Assembly (NCBI GenBank): GCA_013265495.1
Contig: MU057711.1
Location: forward strand, 1,178,001 to 1,242,000
Source of the DNA: Vicugna vicugna
Taxonomy: Eukaryota
Length of the DNA: 64,000 bases
Reading direction: 5' to 3'
This document shows positions 1-13,627 of this stretch, piece by piece (the stretch's first letter is position 1; each line of letters begins with the position of its first letter). The position numbers and the translations under genes are program-made. The notes beneath the pieces are model-generated. The model searched no databases and was not told the DNA's origin. It saw only the letters and a program-made list of their open reading frames with translations.

Positions 1-2097
1 TCACAAGGTCTGGCTTCTCTGTTCCTCAGGCTGGTTTTCCTACACATCTGGGCCTTATTTTCTAGCTTTGTAGTGGCAAGAAAGGGGCAGCAACTCCGTC
101 TCCCTAGTTCCAGCTGCACTCCCTGGGGAGAACATTGCTGCTTTCTCTCCTAGACCCCCAGGAGAAGATTCACCATATCCAGGAGAGGATGCACCGTATC
201 TCGCTGGCTCAGCTTCTCTCTCATGTCAAATGTGGTGGCTGTAGGCTGGCTGCAGCTGCTATGGCCCTGCTTGGCTCTGCTGGGCTCCTCACCACGTATC
301 TTCCCATTCAGGGGTAGGAACAGTCTTTATGTCCCTATGTCACCAGGAAACTGAGCTGACCTATACAGTCAATCTGAAGCTTCTGCTCAGATGTGTTGGG
401 TCATGACCACTTACATTCTATTGGTCAAAGTCATCCACCCAGCTAAGACAGTACCATAGAGGCTGGGAGGTATGCTCTTTCCATGGAGGGAGAGGTGAGT
501 GAGCATTTGCAGACAGTAGCAGACTCAACCATAGCTCCCAACCTATATAAGCCAAGAGGGAAAAGGGGAGATTTTGCAAAGGAAAACTAGGGTACAATTT
601 GATGGAAGGAGGGTAAAGATCAGTCATCCTCCTTTGATTATAATCCCCCCCCCCATCCAGTCATTGAAATGTCTCTACCACCAAAGATATCACGCACCCT
701 CTGTTCCCAAATGAAGGGACTTGTAACCTGCAGGGGCAGACTATTTTGTATTTTAATTGCTCTGCCATCTCTCCAGGAAAAATAAATAGTGAAAAGTCTT
801 TCTTTAGCTCAAGCTATGCTATGGGCTTATACAAAAGGAAGTTGGGGAGAAAGGTGAAAAAATGACTTAGGACTCATTTTGGGAGCTTCACTGCAAGGAA
901 AAAGAAAGAAAGAAGCAAGGTGTGGAAGGAAAAAGCAAGATAGAAAACCATTCTCTCAAGAGCTCTTCATTCTAATCTGTGCAGAGCAATGAAAATACTT
1001 GCCACCCATACATCTTTTAGATCTGAGTAATGGATTTGTGAGCAAAGGCGGGAGTCTTGGTCAGTGCAGAGGGCAGAGTGCTTGAGCAATGGGAACATGA
1101 CTTCCTTCTCTTTGATGTGCATTTGGATGAACTATTTACTTGCACTTGCTTTTAATTTACTGGCCAACAATTACAGCTGGCTAACAGGCCAACAGGCTGG
1201 CACGATGCACCCAATTATCTCCTGAAAATGTATTTCTGTGATTGGAGCTTTAATTGCAGATTAAATCAAATGCTCATGAACCCAGTCACCATTGAGGGAA
1301 TGAGACCAGCTAATGGAATAATGAGAGTTCTGACTCCAATTCAGAGGTAGAGGGACATGGGGAAAAGAGATTTGTTTTCTTCTTCTTCTTCTTTTTTCTT
1401 AAAAATTGTCTTTGAAAATATGGATGCCATAAACCCTACCAGAAGGCAGTGATGTTATGAAATGGGCAGCTTGCTCCAATCAGACCACAAATGGAACACG
1501 AGACTGTTCTGTTTCCTGGGAGTCACTCTCACATCTGCCTGCTTGGGTTGGTGTGGGTGCCAAGGTTGGCACTCCCATTACTGCAGATCAAACAGCTACG
1601 TCTTTGAATTTCAAATTCGCTGAACAGGTGAACAGATTTTCCTCTCTGAATACCTTCATCTGCTGATCTCAGATGTAGAGCATTGCTGCAGGGTCACATG
1701 GGGAAGGAGCCTGTGTCCCTGGGACTGATTCATTTATGCAGATGTGACATATGCCCAGAGCCCATAAGCCAGAGGCAACTTTCCCTGCTAACTCATGGCG
1801 CTTAATTCAGATTACTCCCCTCTTATGAAGAGCCAATTTGCCAATTATCCCTGAAATTTCTGATTAGGTGCCTTTTACCTAAGATACTGTGCCGTGGGCT
1901 GTGGACTTCTGAGGTTTATTTAATTCCCTCTGAAAGATGACTGGGGCTTGGCTGAGAATCACAAGCAAGCCACCCTTTTCTGGTACAAGCCAGTCTTTTT
2001 TTTTTTCTTAGAGGTCTTGTACCTTTGGGTTTGCATCTGGACAACGTGGATTATAAACAGCAACAGCAACAACTGTAATAGCTACCGTTTATCTAGT

Positions 2098-2276
2098 GAA
2101 GTGGTTGTCTTTCTAGTTGCAAATTAGAACCACCTAGGGAGTCTTGAAAAGTACTGATGCTCAAGTTCCCACCTCCAGAGGTTCCAGTTTCATGGGTCTG
2201 AGCTGGGGACTGGGCATTAATATTTTTAAAAGCTCCCGGGGTGATTCTAGTGAGTGCCCAGGATTACAAATCATTC
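2098..2276. mobile_element. MER5A-like hAT-Charlie MITE inserted in a MIR (2060-2460)
   Basis: TTAGAACCACCTAGGGAG...GGTCTGAGCTGGGGACTGGGCATTAATATTTTTAAAAGCTCCCGGGGTGATTCTA. Confidence 0.8.
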
Positions 2277-3445
2277 ATTTCATGTCTACAATGTGCCAGG
2301 AAATGTGCAAAAAGATTTACACATAGTCACAGGAACTTGAATGAGGTAGGTATTATCCCTATTTTATAGACAGGGAAACGATGCCCAGAAAAATTTAGTA
2401 ACTCATCCAAGATCACCCAGCTAGTAGGTGGTGATGACAGAATATTGAGATTAGGTTCTCCAAAGTGCAGGAGAGATACAAGCACAGGGTGTTGGGACTG
2501 TTTGAAGTTTGAAGACCAGGGGAATTGAGACAGCCCGTAAACTGATGGAAGAAACAGGTGAGTGGCAGTGTTCTCCTTTTCCAGAAATAGGTGTGAGGAT
2601 ACACACGTAGTGCAATGTGAATGCACCATGCCTTTAGCTCAGCACAAAGCAGGAGATTTTACCCGGTTTCCATGAAGTACAGTTTACCCATGAATTTGAG
2701 AGATGCCTGAAAAGAGAGCTCTGTGTCCTCCTCTCTTTCCAGAAGAGCTGGTATTTGTCAGATAGATCTTTCTTTTCTCCTTCTGCCCTATAGAGGGAGA
2801 AGCCCTCCTTTTCTTGCTGTTGCACTCAAAAGGGAGCTGGGAGAAGCATCGAATGGCAACACAGAAAAGTCACATTTTGGGAGAGGGATGGCTGATGGGT
2901 GCTTTGGCAGGTGGGTTGGGACTGAAAGTGACCAAGGATAAAACAAGGGGATACTTCAGGCTGGCAGTGTACGTGAGGAGGGGTGGGGGTGGTGGGCTGT
3001 GAATCTGAATTGTTTTGAAAACCAGCTACAGAGACTAGCCTCTAGGTCTGACCACAGAGGAGCTTGGCCACTGTAGCATCTTACCCTCTGTTGTCAAAGG
3101 GACCAGCCCTGGCACTGGCTAAGGCTTTGCTTTTTGTCTTATCATCTTTGTGTTCAGTGCTCCTTACTACTATTTCTTACCCACTTGTCTCCCTGTCATG
3201 CTGTGCTGGTTGAAAGAACACCCATATGTTTGAGAAATGCCTTGGCCATGGATGTGGGGGCTGAGCAGGAAACAGACATGAGTTATCGTTTTGCCCTTCT
3301 GTCTCTATTCTTCTTGTTCCACATGCCAAGGATTACTTCTTGGGGGTAGACCAGCCATTCTAGAATCTTTTACCTGCCTTGCTCACTGATACATATCCAG
3401 TACAGTGCCTGGGACATAGTAGGAGCTGAATAAATACATATGTAT

Positions 3446-3613
3446 ATTTTTCAATGAAGTATGGTCAGTTACAATGTGTCAATTTCTGGTACACAGCATA
3501 ATGTCCCAGTCATGCATATACATATATACATATATATATTCATTTTAATATTCTTTTTCATTAAAGGTTATTATAAGATAATGAATACAGCACAGAGAAC
3601 TATATTCAATATC
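3446..3613 (-). mobile_element. Short young L1 3' end with a 5' inversion, inserted in an L2 tail
   Basis: Shares sequence with the element at 31537-31691 (GTCAGTTACAATGTGTCAATTTCTGGT). The last 26 bp are in the opposite orientation. Confidence 0.8.
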
Positions 3614-6021
3614 GGTAAATATATTTAAATGAATGGATAAATAAATGGAATGCAAGGAAAATAGGAGAATCACAGAATCAGCAACCCAGGACTTATGAAC
3701 ACCAGAAGCCATCAGAAGAAAAGTCTCCTACTTCTCCACTGGCACAGTGGTGTCATGTGGAGGTGGGATGTAGGATTGCCATGAAATGTCCCAGATTTTA
3801 TCCTCCACCCTTTCCAACATCCACTTACAAGTGAGGTGGAGTCGCATTGTGGAATCAGTGTGATTCTATATCTTTGCATGTTAAAATGAAATAATACCTC
3901 TCTCAAAGAGTTTTGGAAGGATTGAAAGAAGTAGTACCTGTACATTGCCTATCATAGTTCTCAGCAAATGCATTGAGCATAGTAAATGCTTAATGAACAG
4001 TAGTTAATAATTATTATCAAGAAGTAAGGTATGGTATGCCCCGTTGGCCCTGCATCCTAGGGACAATTTATCTATGACCTTTTAGTTAACTAGTTGTATT
4101 CTTCTAAGCCTTTTTACTCCCATTTACATTCATTTTCTTATTTCACTACCTATACTGAGTGCTGCTTAGCCAGACTCAGAGCTAGATTCTGGGGATGTAA
4201 TAATAAACAAGACAGAGTGTTCCCTGCTGCAATACCGGGGTGCTTCCCATGGAGATGACAGAGCCCATGTCCCAGGAGCCTCCCTTGGAGATCCTCCCAC
4301 TTCTCTCTGGTCATGGGGAATACCTGGCCTTCCTGTCACACAACTATAATGTCAATAACTTGACTCAGCTTGATTGGTGGCATCCACAATAGGAGGTGGA
4401 GAGCCACTCTTCCCTCTGTGGGAATGCTCTTTCCCTAGGACCTTGTTTGGCTCACCCCCTCTTCACTCAGAACTCCACACAAATGGTGCTTCCCAGGGCA
4501 GGGGGTGGGGTGGAATTTCTGTATCCCAATTCACTCTGCCCCATCACTCTGTGTTACATCACCTATTCTATTTTCTTCATAGCACCCATCAATGTCCAGT
4601 GATATTTTATTCATACAACCCTTTATTTGTATATAGTCTGTCTCCCTTTCTAGAATATAACCTCCATGAGGTCAGGGACAATATATACCCTTTTAATAGT
4701 TGGTACCATTGTACTTAGAAGGGCGACCGGCATATCATTATTTGATACATGATTGTGATTGAAAGTCTTTATGGTCTGTCTCCAAACTCCCAGAGGCTGC
4801 TTTGGGCATCTCCCAGAGCTTCTGGAAGGTAGAATTTTCTCTTGCAGGTTGAGAAGGGGTTCTTTTGACAATAGAGTCAAAGAAATCAGCCGTAACCAGT
4901 GGAGTTGACAGTGTCCTTTTAAGAGCTGGCATGGAACATTTGATAAAAATACAGTGAGAGATCAGAGCACAATGAATCATATTTAGGAGAAAATCTCTTT
5001 TGAAAAGCCCAGGGTAGGTCATGTTTTTTTCATGCTTGTCAACTTGGCTGAATAATTTGCTTAAAATAAATGGACGAGAATGGTAAGTTGCTATGTAAGG
5101 GAAATGAAACAGACTCCTAGCTTTGTGTGCAACACATTTCAGCTTCTGAAGGGTCTGGCTTGGGTGGTGGCGAGCTTTGTGGGTGGGGAGGTGGTTCATG
5201 AATTTAGACAGGTTTAATGTCTTCCTGGCTTCAGCACAAGATTTCTGGGGCATCAGCACATTAGCCAATTTCCAATGCAAACAGATTTGATCCATCACTG
5301 GTGTTGAAGAAAAGCCCTACCCCTCAGATCTGTCAGGTTCTCAAACATGAGCCAAATGAGTTAATATCTTCTCATTGTTGTCTTTATTAAGCCTTTGTTA
5401 AGCCAATCTTGAATAATGATGTGTCCCTGTCAGAGGTCTTTTAATAAAGTAAGGGTTGCTTTATATAACTTCTCCAGGGAGAACGCTGTGTCTTTAAAAT
5501 TGCAGGGAGCCACAATGTCCAGAATGTAAGCAGCAAGGCTAATCCCCACAGCACTGGGCCTGAGATTTTAGCAGCAGACCAAGGAGCAGCTCAGAATTTG
5601 TGGCACAGGCTTTGGAGGCAATATGCACAGGAAGCTAGATTTGGATGTCCTGTGGGCAGTAGAGGGAGGGGTTGGATGCTCTGGTGGCTGGGACAATGTA
5701 GGCTTAGTGCCTGTCTTACCACCATGGGAGATCCAGTTCGTGACTTAGTGCCAATGCCGTGGCACAGGGACAAATGGAGAAAAACCACATGGACTGGCCC
5801 AGTTCTCTTTGCCTCCACCTGTCTACAGATAGGGATGCGAGTCTCTGGGAAACCCACATTTGGTTTATTAGCAGTTCACAGCTTGCTCACCAGGCCCAAC
5901 CTGCCAGGACAGAGCTCAGTTTCTAAAATTGTCCCTCCTTCCTCCTTTTGTCAAGCTCCCCTTGCTGTCACCTAACCATTTTGCTGTAAAGAGCTGATAA
6001 ACAAAATCATACTAATGACTC

Positions 6022-6543
6022 AGGTGGTAGGTAGCTCACAAGATGGCCCCAGTGGTCCTGGCCTCCTAGTATTCACAGCCTGTATAATCCTGCTCCCTTC
6101 TCGCCAGTAGAATACTTCACGGTTGAGGGAATGCCCCTTCTGTGATTAGATTACAAAGGTGACTGTACTCTTACTAGAGGACTGTCTTGCTTTCTTAGCT
6201 TTCCCACACTTGGTGAAGCAAGAAGTCGTGTTGGAGAGGCCCCTGTGGCCAGGCACTGAGGGCAGCCTCTGGATGTCAGCCAGCAGGAAACAGGAGCTCT
6301 CAGCCCAATAACCCAAAGGAACTGAATCCTGCCAATAACCATGTGAGTTTAGAAGTCTGTCCTTCCCTGGTGAGCTTTCAGATGAGACTGCAGCCCTGGC
6401 TGACACGTAGACACCTGATGTAGATGACCCACCTAAGCCGTGTCCAGATTTCAGACCCACAGAAACCATGAGACAGTAAATGTGTGTCCTTTCAAAACAC
6501 TGAGCTTGTGGCGATTTGTTGGATGGCAACAGAGAACTTGCAT
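6022..6543 (+). mobile_element. MLT1 (MaLR) LTR
   Basis: AAGATGGCCCC...GGAACTGAATCCTGCCAATAACCATGTGAG...CAGATGAGACTGCAGCCCTGGCTGACAC...GACCCACAGAAACCATGAGA. Confidence 0.85.
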
Positions 6544-6959
6544 GAATGACAAAGACTTAGCGGGCATCGTGTTCTAGGGAGGGAATGTGTCAACAGGCTA
6601 CATCATGGTAACCAAAGAAGCATTTCTCTGATGGTGGTGATGAGCAGGATGGATAGCCCACAGAATATTAACAAGGAGAGACTGTGGGTAGTTTCTGGAG
6701 CTTGTTTTTGAGGTTTGCCAAGAGGGTATCACTTCGTTCAATTGTAAGGAACCATGGCATCTCTGTTTTTCAGTTTTTCCCTTCTGAAGAAAACTTCTCA
6801 AGTCTTAGCCATCCTGTCCCACAGAGGCAGGCATGCTCTGCCTTTCTGGGTGTTCATCTCTTGCTCTTTTATCAATCAACCAATCATCTGCCTTCTTTAG
6901 AATGGGAAGGCACACTCTGGCCACACCATGTGCCAAGAGCAGTTAAGAGTGAGGTCTTC

Positions 6960-7150
6960 AGAAATTTGGTTATGCCTCTCGCTTTGTCACCTAAGTGAAA
7001 TGACCTCTCAGTGTCTCAGTTTCCTCGCTGCAAAATAGAGTTAAAAATCATACCTGTCTCCATACGATCATTATAAAGGTTACATGTCAATCTCTTAGAG
7101 CTCAATATGGAGTACTTAGTAAATACTAAGTGATGAGTAAGTACTCAGTA
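6960..7150 (+). mobile_element. MIR SINE (one of many; others near 3820, 7410, 20440, 20800, 23850, 25670, 26930, 39600, 54120, 54750, 63780)
   Basis: MIR core CCTCTCAGTGTCTCAGTTTCCTCGCTGCAAAATAG. Confidence 0.75.
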
Positions 7151-8604
7151 AGTGTTAGGGGTTATTATGGCTTTAACAAGTTCTCCCCTTTAATGCTTGC
7201 CTGTCCCCAAGGCTCTGGCAATAGAATGCACATCTAGAGGTGATCTGTGTCTCCAAGTCATAGATTTCTTACAGAGGTAAGGATGCACCTGTGTCCCAGG
7301 GTCACTGCCTGTTTCCAGAGCACCCCACTCTCCTACTCCATGGACATTGGGAGAAGCCAGGACATCATGTCAGCTGTGCCCCAACCCTACCCCGGGACTT
7401 GAGTGGATCAGCTCCCCTTTCTGGATCTCAGTTTCTTCATCGGTGAGATAGGACTAAAGGCCACCCACTCTTCCTCCCAGGTTGTGGTGAGAGCTAGAGG
7501 GATGGGAATTTGAAGAGGACTGAGAAACTGAGACTCCATAATAGACTTAGAAAGCAAAATTGGAGAATGTAGGCAGAGGTCAGGGGAGACCTCAAGGAGG
7601 AGAAGACAGGAAGCAAAAATCAAGCCTCCAGGCTGCACAGGTACTGGTATCCTCATCCTGGGCCCCAGAGAGAATGCCCTCTCCCCCCGGGACAGTGGGT
7701 GCTTTATGCAGAGGTTGTGTCTCACCCTTTTCTGAGCCTGGAACACAGAAGGCCCTTGGCTGATGCTTGCTGAGTGAATGTCTGAGTGAGTGAGTAAAAC
7801 TGTGTTTTCTAAGTGCCTGTGGCCCACACATGACACATGTGTTCCCTGGATGCTTAGAGACTCCTGAGAAATAAAGACCTGACCGACGGGCCTTCTATCC
7901 TGGACGTGGGTCTGTTCCTGCCATGCTGAGGCCACGTCATGATTTTCACTCCAGCCGCGAGCCTGTGGGTGTCAGGCTCAGGCCCAGAGGGTCAGTGGGG
8001 GAGCCTGGCATAAGCACACAGTCCTGCTCCTGGAAGGGGAGGAAGTTGGCAGTATGGTGACCCAGAATGCCAAGGCCATTCTCAGGCTGCCTCAAGGTGG
8101 GTTAGCGGGTGGACGTTTGAATGGTGATGTCTGTTTCGCTGGTCACTCACGAGTCAGTGCATAAGAACCTGGAGTTGCCAGGTGACAGTCCGAGGTCAGA
8201 GGTTAGGATGCCCTGGAAAGGCCTGGACTGATGCCTGACAGTCTCTTTGGTGCCTGTAGGGATCCCAGGCAGATGGCCTCTGACTTGGCCCCAGGCCTGG
8301 TCACACTGAACACCACCATCTGACCTCCCACAGTCAAACCGAGGGTCCTGGAGGGACAGGATATGGCTGGTTCATCTCTGTCCTTGGTGCCTGGGGCTGG
8401 GAGTAAGCCAGTGCTAAATGAGGAAATAAATAAGCCAGTGAATGAATAAATGCACAGAAGAGGGCAGAGGAAAAAGTTCACATGTTCTGAAAAAGGCTGT
8501 AACCTGGAAGCCAGGAGACCTCACCTCCTGCATGACCCTGGGCTAATCACTTCCCTTCTTTCAATCCTCAGTTTCATCCTCCATAAAGAAGGGAGGCAGC
8601 CTAG

Positions 8605-8828
8605 ACCAGGTCACACACTGGGGACTCACAGGCCCTTCAGATCTTAAACATGTTTTGTTTGGCCAGCATTGGATTTTAAAAATATGAAACTTACATGTAT
8701 TTAGGCCAAGCACACACACTGCCCAGCTGTCCACAGGAGTAGCTCACCGCAGTACCCAATACCCTGCTTGCTTACACATTTATATGACTTGCTGACTCCC
8801 AAGGGCACCTGAGTTTGCTACCCCTGGC
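8605..8828. mobile_element. MER102-like hAT element
   Basis: TGTTTTGTTTGGCCAGCA...ACACATTTATATGACTTGC...TGAGTTTGCTACCCCTG. Confidence 0.5.
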
Positions 8829-8879
8829 ACTGGAATCCTCTAGGAGCACTTTTGGCTTTGTCATTCTTGAATTCTGCTA

Positions 8880-9012
8880 AAGCAAGAGGGAAAATAAATG
8901 GAGTAGAAGAGAAGAAAAGGGGCAGAGGGAGAGGGGAAGGGAAAGAGAAGAAATAAGGGAAGGTGGGGGAGGAGGACAGAGAAGTGGAGAAAGAGATCAG
9001 ATAAAAAGGAAA
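8880..9012. repeat. Polypurine (GA-rich) low-complexity tract
   Basis: Almost entirely A/G on the + strand. Confidence 0.85.
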
Positions 9013-10090
9013 GTTGTGTTCAAGATTCAACCTAACGTGTCCCTTGGGTTGAAAGAAAACCCTCAGCTACTTTTGAAGAAAAAAGCATCAAAAGAAAGAA
9101 ACAAAATCTGGCCTGGGAGAGACCCCCATTCCCTGGGCTCCCAGACAGTGTCCAGGAGGCCTGACCTCAGGCTGGGTCTGGGGATCGACGTCTGTTCCAC
9201 AAGGACTTCATCTTCTTCAAGGACCAGAATACCCCTCAGAATTGACTGACTGTGGGAAATAGCACAGGCCTTGCCTCTGGGTCTCCTCATGGCTGTGGGG
9301 GTCCAGGCTGTTTCTAGAGCCAAACCCAGGAGGAGCCAAGGGTGGGAGGGGCAGGGCCCAGAAGTTCTGTAGCCCTGGCCATGGTCCTGAATTATTAATG
9401 TTCATTTCAGTTATCCTCTGGTTCAGCAGAAATATGACAAAGCAATCTCAGATAATGAAATCACCCACATTTTCTGCTGTTCACAGCAGGCTTTCAGGGG
9501 CAAATTGTGCCCCCACCATCACAGCACTGATTGAGTTACATGGTTCTGGGTGAGGGTGGTATCGATTGGTGTGTAGGACACAGATTAGAGTGACCTGAGA
9601 ACCTTCCTTCCAGCAGGTCAGTGACTGCTCATGGGCGGCCTGTGAAAGAAAAATTTTTGAGGAACAAGCAACTTTCAATTCAAAGAGGGTCTCTTGTTGG
9701 GGGGCATCAGGAGGCCAGGCAGCCCTGGTCTAGCTTGGAACAGCTTCACCCTTCTCCCTGCTCCTCTTTCTCAGTCTACTGTCACTGGACCTTCACACCT
9801 TGAACTGTGCCCTGTTATGGCATCTCAGAACTCATCTAAGACTCACCTAAGCACTTTTATCGGAGAAGAAGGGACTTGCCTAGGGTTACGCTGCTTTCTT
9901 TTCCTTCCTTTCGTTCACTCTCCTGTACTGTCTCTCCATGCCTTTGACGTAAAATTAGAAAAAAAAATCCAGAATCCCAAAAACCAGAAAATAAATTTAC
10001 AATCAGTCACCCAGAAACTTCAGGACCCCAAATTGGGTATAGCAGATGTTCACCAATGTGCCGAATCTACCACTCAGTCATAGTCTATTT

Positions 10091-10372
10091 CTTTTTTTAA
10101 AAAATTTATTGAAATGTAGTTGATTTACAATGTTAGTTTCAGGTATACAGCAAAGTGATTCAGTTATACATATACGTACATACATATTTTCTTGTCAAAT
10201 TCTTTTCCATTAAATGTTATTACAAGAAATTGAATAGAGTTCCCTGTGCTATACAGTAGGTCCTTGTTGTTTATCTATTTTATATACAGTAATGTGTGTC
10301 AGTTAATTCCCAACCCCTAATTTATCCCTCCCCACCCTTTCCCCTTTGGTAACCATAGTTTGTTTTCTATGT
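10091..10372 (-). mobile_element. Young L1 3' UTR fragment
   Basis: T-rich tail, TTTATTGAA, AGTTCCCTGTGCTATACAGTAGGTCCTTG; degenerate TSD AGTCAT...TATTTCTT at 10076 and 10373. Confidence 0.85.
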
Positions 10373-10917
10373 AGTCATGCTTTATTTCTTGATGGTGATT
10401 AAATCGCCTCTTTGGTGATTGAAAACATCAGATTTAGTAGACTACGTTTTAAAATCGGGGATATCACATAAAAACCTAGAGGTACGATTCTCCTGAAATA
10501 TTGAAAGTTCTGGCTGTTCAAGCCCACAGAGGACCAATTGTCCAGTGATGAAACTCGAGAGTCAGTGTTCTTTATTTTTCTCCAATTCTTTGAACATTGG
10601 CAACATATGCAACCTTATAAGATCAGTTAACTAGCATATACCAATCCCCAAAATCAAAAGGAAGACAAAAGAAGAATTCGGTGGGTTTTGCCATAAATGT
10701 AAGTGGAATTCATATGACACTGTCCCTGGGGGTGGTTGTCTTCAAAGTGTTATTTCCTTTTGAAATATTAATAGTTAACCACTGTTCACCCATTTTCAAT
10801 TATTCTAATTTTAAACATTTATAAGCGATAGGAGTACCCTTACCCAAAGAATAAAAATATTTTCCAGGCTGCAGTAGAGGTGACCAAGTTAATTTCACCC
10901 TAGGTACGAGAGGATAG

Positions 10918-11387
10918 AAGTGTCAGGGTTCTCCAGAGAAGTGAAACCAACAAGATGCACACACCCACAGATTTATTATAAGGAATTTGCCTATACGATC
11001 ATGGGAGCTGGAAAGTTCTCTGATCTGCTCTCTGTGGGCTGGAGGCCCAGGAATGCTGGTGGTACAGGTTCAGTGCAAGCTGGGGGGCCTGAGAACCAGG
11101 GGCGCTGATAGTGAAAGTCTCAGTCCAAATGCGGAAAGAGACCAAAGCCCAAGCAGCCAGGTGAGGGTGGAGTCTTCCTCCCTGGGCTTTTTATTCTGTC
11201 CAGGCCCTCAGGGGATTGGATGAGGCCCATGCACACTGAGGAGGGCCATCAGCTTTACTCAGTCTACCAATTCAAATGCTAATCTCCTTTGGAAACCCTG
11301 TCACAGACACATCTAGAATAATGTCTAGACAAATATCTGAGTATCTCGGGTCCTGGTCAAGTTGATACATAAAATTAACCATCATAA
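10918..11387 (-). mobile_element. MLT2-type (ERVL) solo LTR
   Basis: GTCAGGGTTCTCCAGAGAA...CAAATGCTAATCTC...AAGTTGATACATAAAATTAACCATCATA, the reverse complement of the MLT2 start TGTGATGGTTAAT. Confidence 0.85.
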
Positions 11388-11400
11388 AGGGGTAAAATTA

Positions 11401-13294
11401 GAGGATTTCCGGTCAAGATGGCAGAATGATAGGACCAAGAACTTGCCTCTCCCCACGACTGCAATGAAACCACAACTGAATGCTAAACAACCATCAAAAA
11501 AAGACTGGAACCTAGCAAAAAAGACCTTCTGCAACTGGAAACATAAAGAGGGAATCAGAGCAAGAAGGTAGGAGGGGCATGCTCATGATATAATTGGGCC
11601 CCAAACCCCTTGGCTATGTGACCCACAAGCTGAAGATTTGTTAAGTTGCAGAGGCCCTCCCACAGGAATGAGAGCTCTAAGCCCCACATAAGGCTCCCCA
11701 GCCCAGGTCCTGGCATTGGGAAGAGAAGGAGACCCCAGGACATCTGGTTTTGAAGGCCAGGAGGGCTTGGCTCTGGAACCCTCTTGGGACTGGGGGAAAC
11801 GGAGACTCCATTCACTTGAGAAGCATACACGGAAACTCACGTGCATAGGTCCAAGGACAGAGCCAGTGATTTCATAGTAACCTGGGCCAGGCCTGCCTGC
11901 TGGATTTGGAGGGTCTTCTGAGGACAAGAGGGAAAGCTGGGACTCACTCAGGGGACATAAATGCTGGTGGCGGACATTCTGGGAGTGTTAATCTACATGA
12001 GCTTCCTTGGAGGCTGACACCTTGATTGGATCATTAGAACCAAGACCTAGCCCCACCCAACAGCCTTTAGAGAAGCCTCAGGCCAAACAACATACAGGGT
12101 GGGAACACAGCCACACCCATCAGCAGACTTCCTAAGTCACAAAGGCCTCTAGACACAGCCCTACCCACCAGAGGTCCAGGACCAAGCTTCACCCAGCAGA
12201 GGGCAGGCACTGGCTCCTCCTGCCAAAAACCTGCATAAGCCTCTAGTCCAGCCTCATCCAGCAGGGGCAGTTACTAGAAATAAGAAAACAATAATTCCAA
12301 AGCCTTTGGAAAGAATCCACAAACACGTAGAAAGATAGACGATATCAGATGGCAAAGGAATATCTACCAGGCCAAGGCACAAGATAAAACTCAGAAGAAG
12401 AAATAGGTGATGAGGAGGTAGGTAATTTATCTGAGAAAGAATTTAAAGTAATGATGGCCAAGATGTTCAGAGAAATCAAGAGGAGTATAGATGCACAGAG
12501 CGAAGTTTTTAGCAAAGAGTTGGAAAATATAAAGAATACCGAGAGTTGAAGAATAAAAATGAGTGAAATGAACAATACACTAGAAGGAACCAAGAATAGA
12601 CTAAATGAAGCAGAAGAACGGATCAGTGAGCTAAGAAGACAGATTAGTGGAAATCACTACTTCTGAACAGAAAAAAGAAAAAAGAATAAAAAGGAATGAG
12701 AATGGTTTAAGAGAACTCTGGGACATCATGAAGTGCTCTAATATTCGCATTATAGGGGTCCCAGAAAGAGAAGAGAGAGAGCAAAGACCTGAGAAAATTT
12801 TTGGAGAGATAATAACTGAAAACTTCCCCAACTTGGGAAAGGAAACAGTCACCCGAGTCCTGGAAGCACAGAGAGTACTGCACTGGATCAACCCAAAGAA
12901 AAACACAACAAAGTATATAGTCACCAAATTGACAACAATTAAGGATAAGGAGGAAATATTAAAATTAGCAAGAGAAAAGCAACAAATAACATACGAGGGA
13001 GCTCACATAAGGTTATCAGCTGATTTTTCAGAAGAAACTCTACAGGCCAGAAGGGAGTGGCACAATATATTTAAAATGATGCAAGGGGGAAACTTACAAA
13101 CAAGAATACTCTATACAGCAAGGCTCTCCTTCAGACCTGATGGAGAAGTCAAAAGCTTCACAGATAAACAAAAGCTAAAATATTTTAGCACCAACAAACC
13201 AGCTTTATAACAAATGTTAAAGGACCTTCCCTAGTCATTAAACCATAAAAGAGAACAAAAAGAAGAAAGAGAAAAACAAAAGGGACCTATAAAA
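11401..13294 (+). mobile_element. LINE-1 5' half (5' UTR, disrupted ORF1, inter-ORF region)
   Basis: Begins GAGGATTTCCGGTCAAGATGGC, containing the YY1-type motif typical of L1 5' ends. ORF 12647-13210 reads as L1 ORF1p (LRELWDIMKCSNIRIIGVPE, ENFPNL, IRLSADFSEETLQARREW). The N-terminal coiled-coil part (from ~12349) is out of frame or stopped. Confidence 0.95.
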
Positions 13295-13570
13295 GATTGC
13301 TTTGGCTTTTTGAGTCTTTTGTGGTTCCTTATAAATTGTGGAATTGTTTGTTCTAGTTCTTTGAGGAATGTTGCAAGTATTTTGATGCGGGTTGTGTTGG
13401 ATCTGTGGATTGCTTTGGGGAGTGTGGCCATTTTGATAGTGTTGATTCTTCCAATTCAAGAGCACAAGAAATCTTTCCATTTCTTTGTGTCATTTCAGTT
13501 TTCAGAGTATAGGTAACCTCCTTGGTTAAGTTCATTTCTTGGACTTTTGTTGTTTTTAATGTAATGGAAA
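13295..13570 (-). mobile_element. LINE-1 ORF2 fragment (post-RT region)
   Basis: Minus-strand translations MNLTKEV and MATLPKAIHRSNTTRIKILATFLKELEQTIPQFIRNHKR match L1 ORF2p (MAILPKAIYRFNAIPIK...ELEQ..LKFIWNHKR). Confidence 0.9.
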
Positions 13571-13627
13571 TATCTCTGCCAGTTATAAAATTCTGGGTTT
13601 TGAAGTGAAAAAAAGGTGAATGAAGGG

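Noticed and set aside
4738..5298. 186-aa minus-strand ORF
   Set aside because: No recognisable domain, composition or splice context; consistent with a chance ORF.
12647..13210. 187-aa ORF as a host gene or active L1
   Set aside because: It is a fragment of L1 ORF1p with a broken N-terminus and no intact ORF2.
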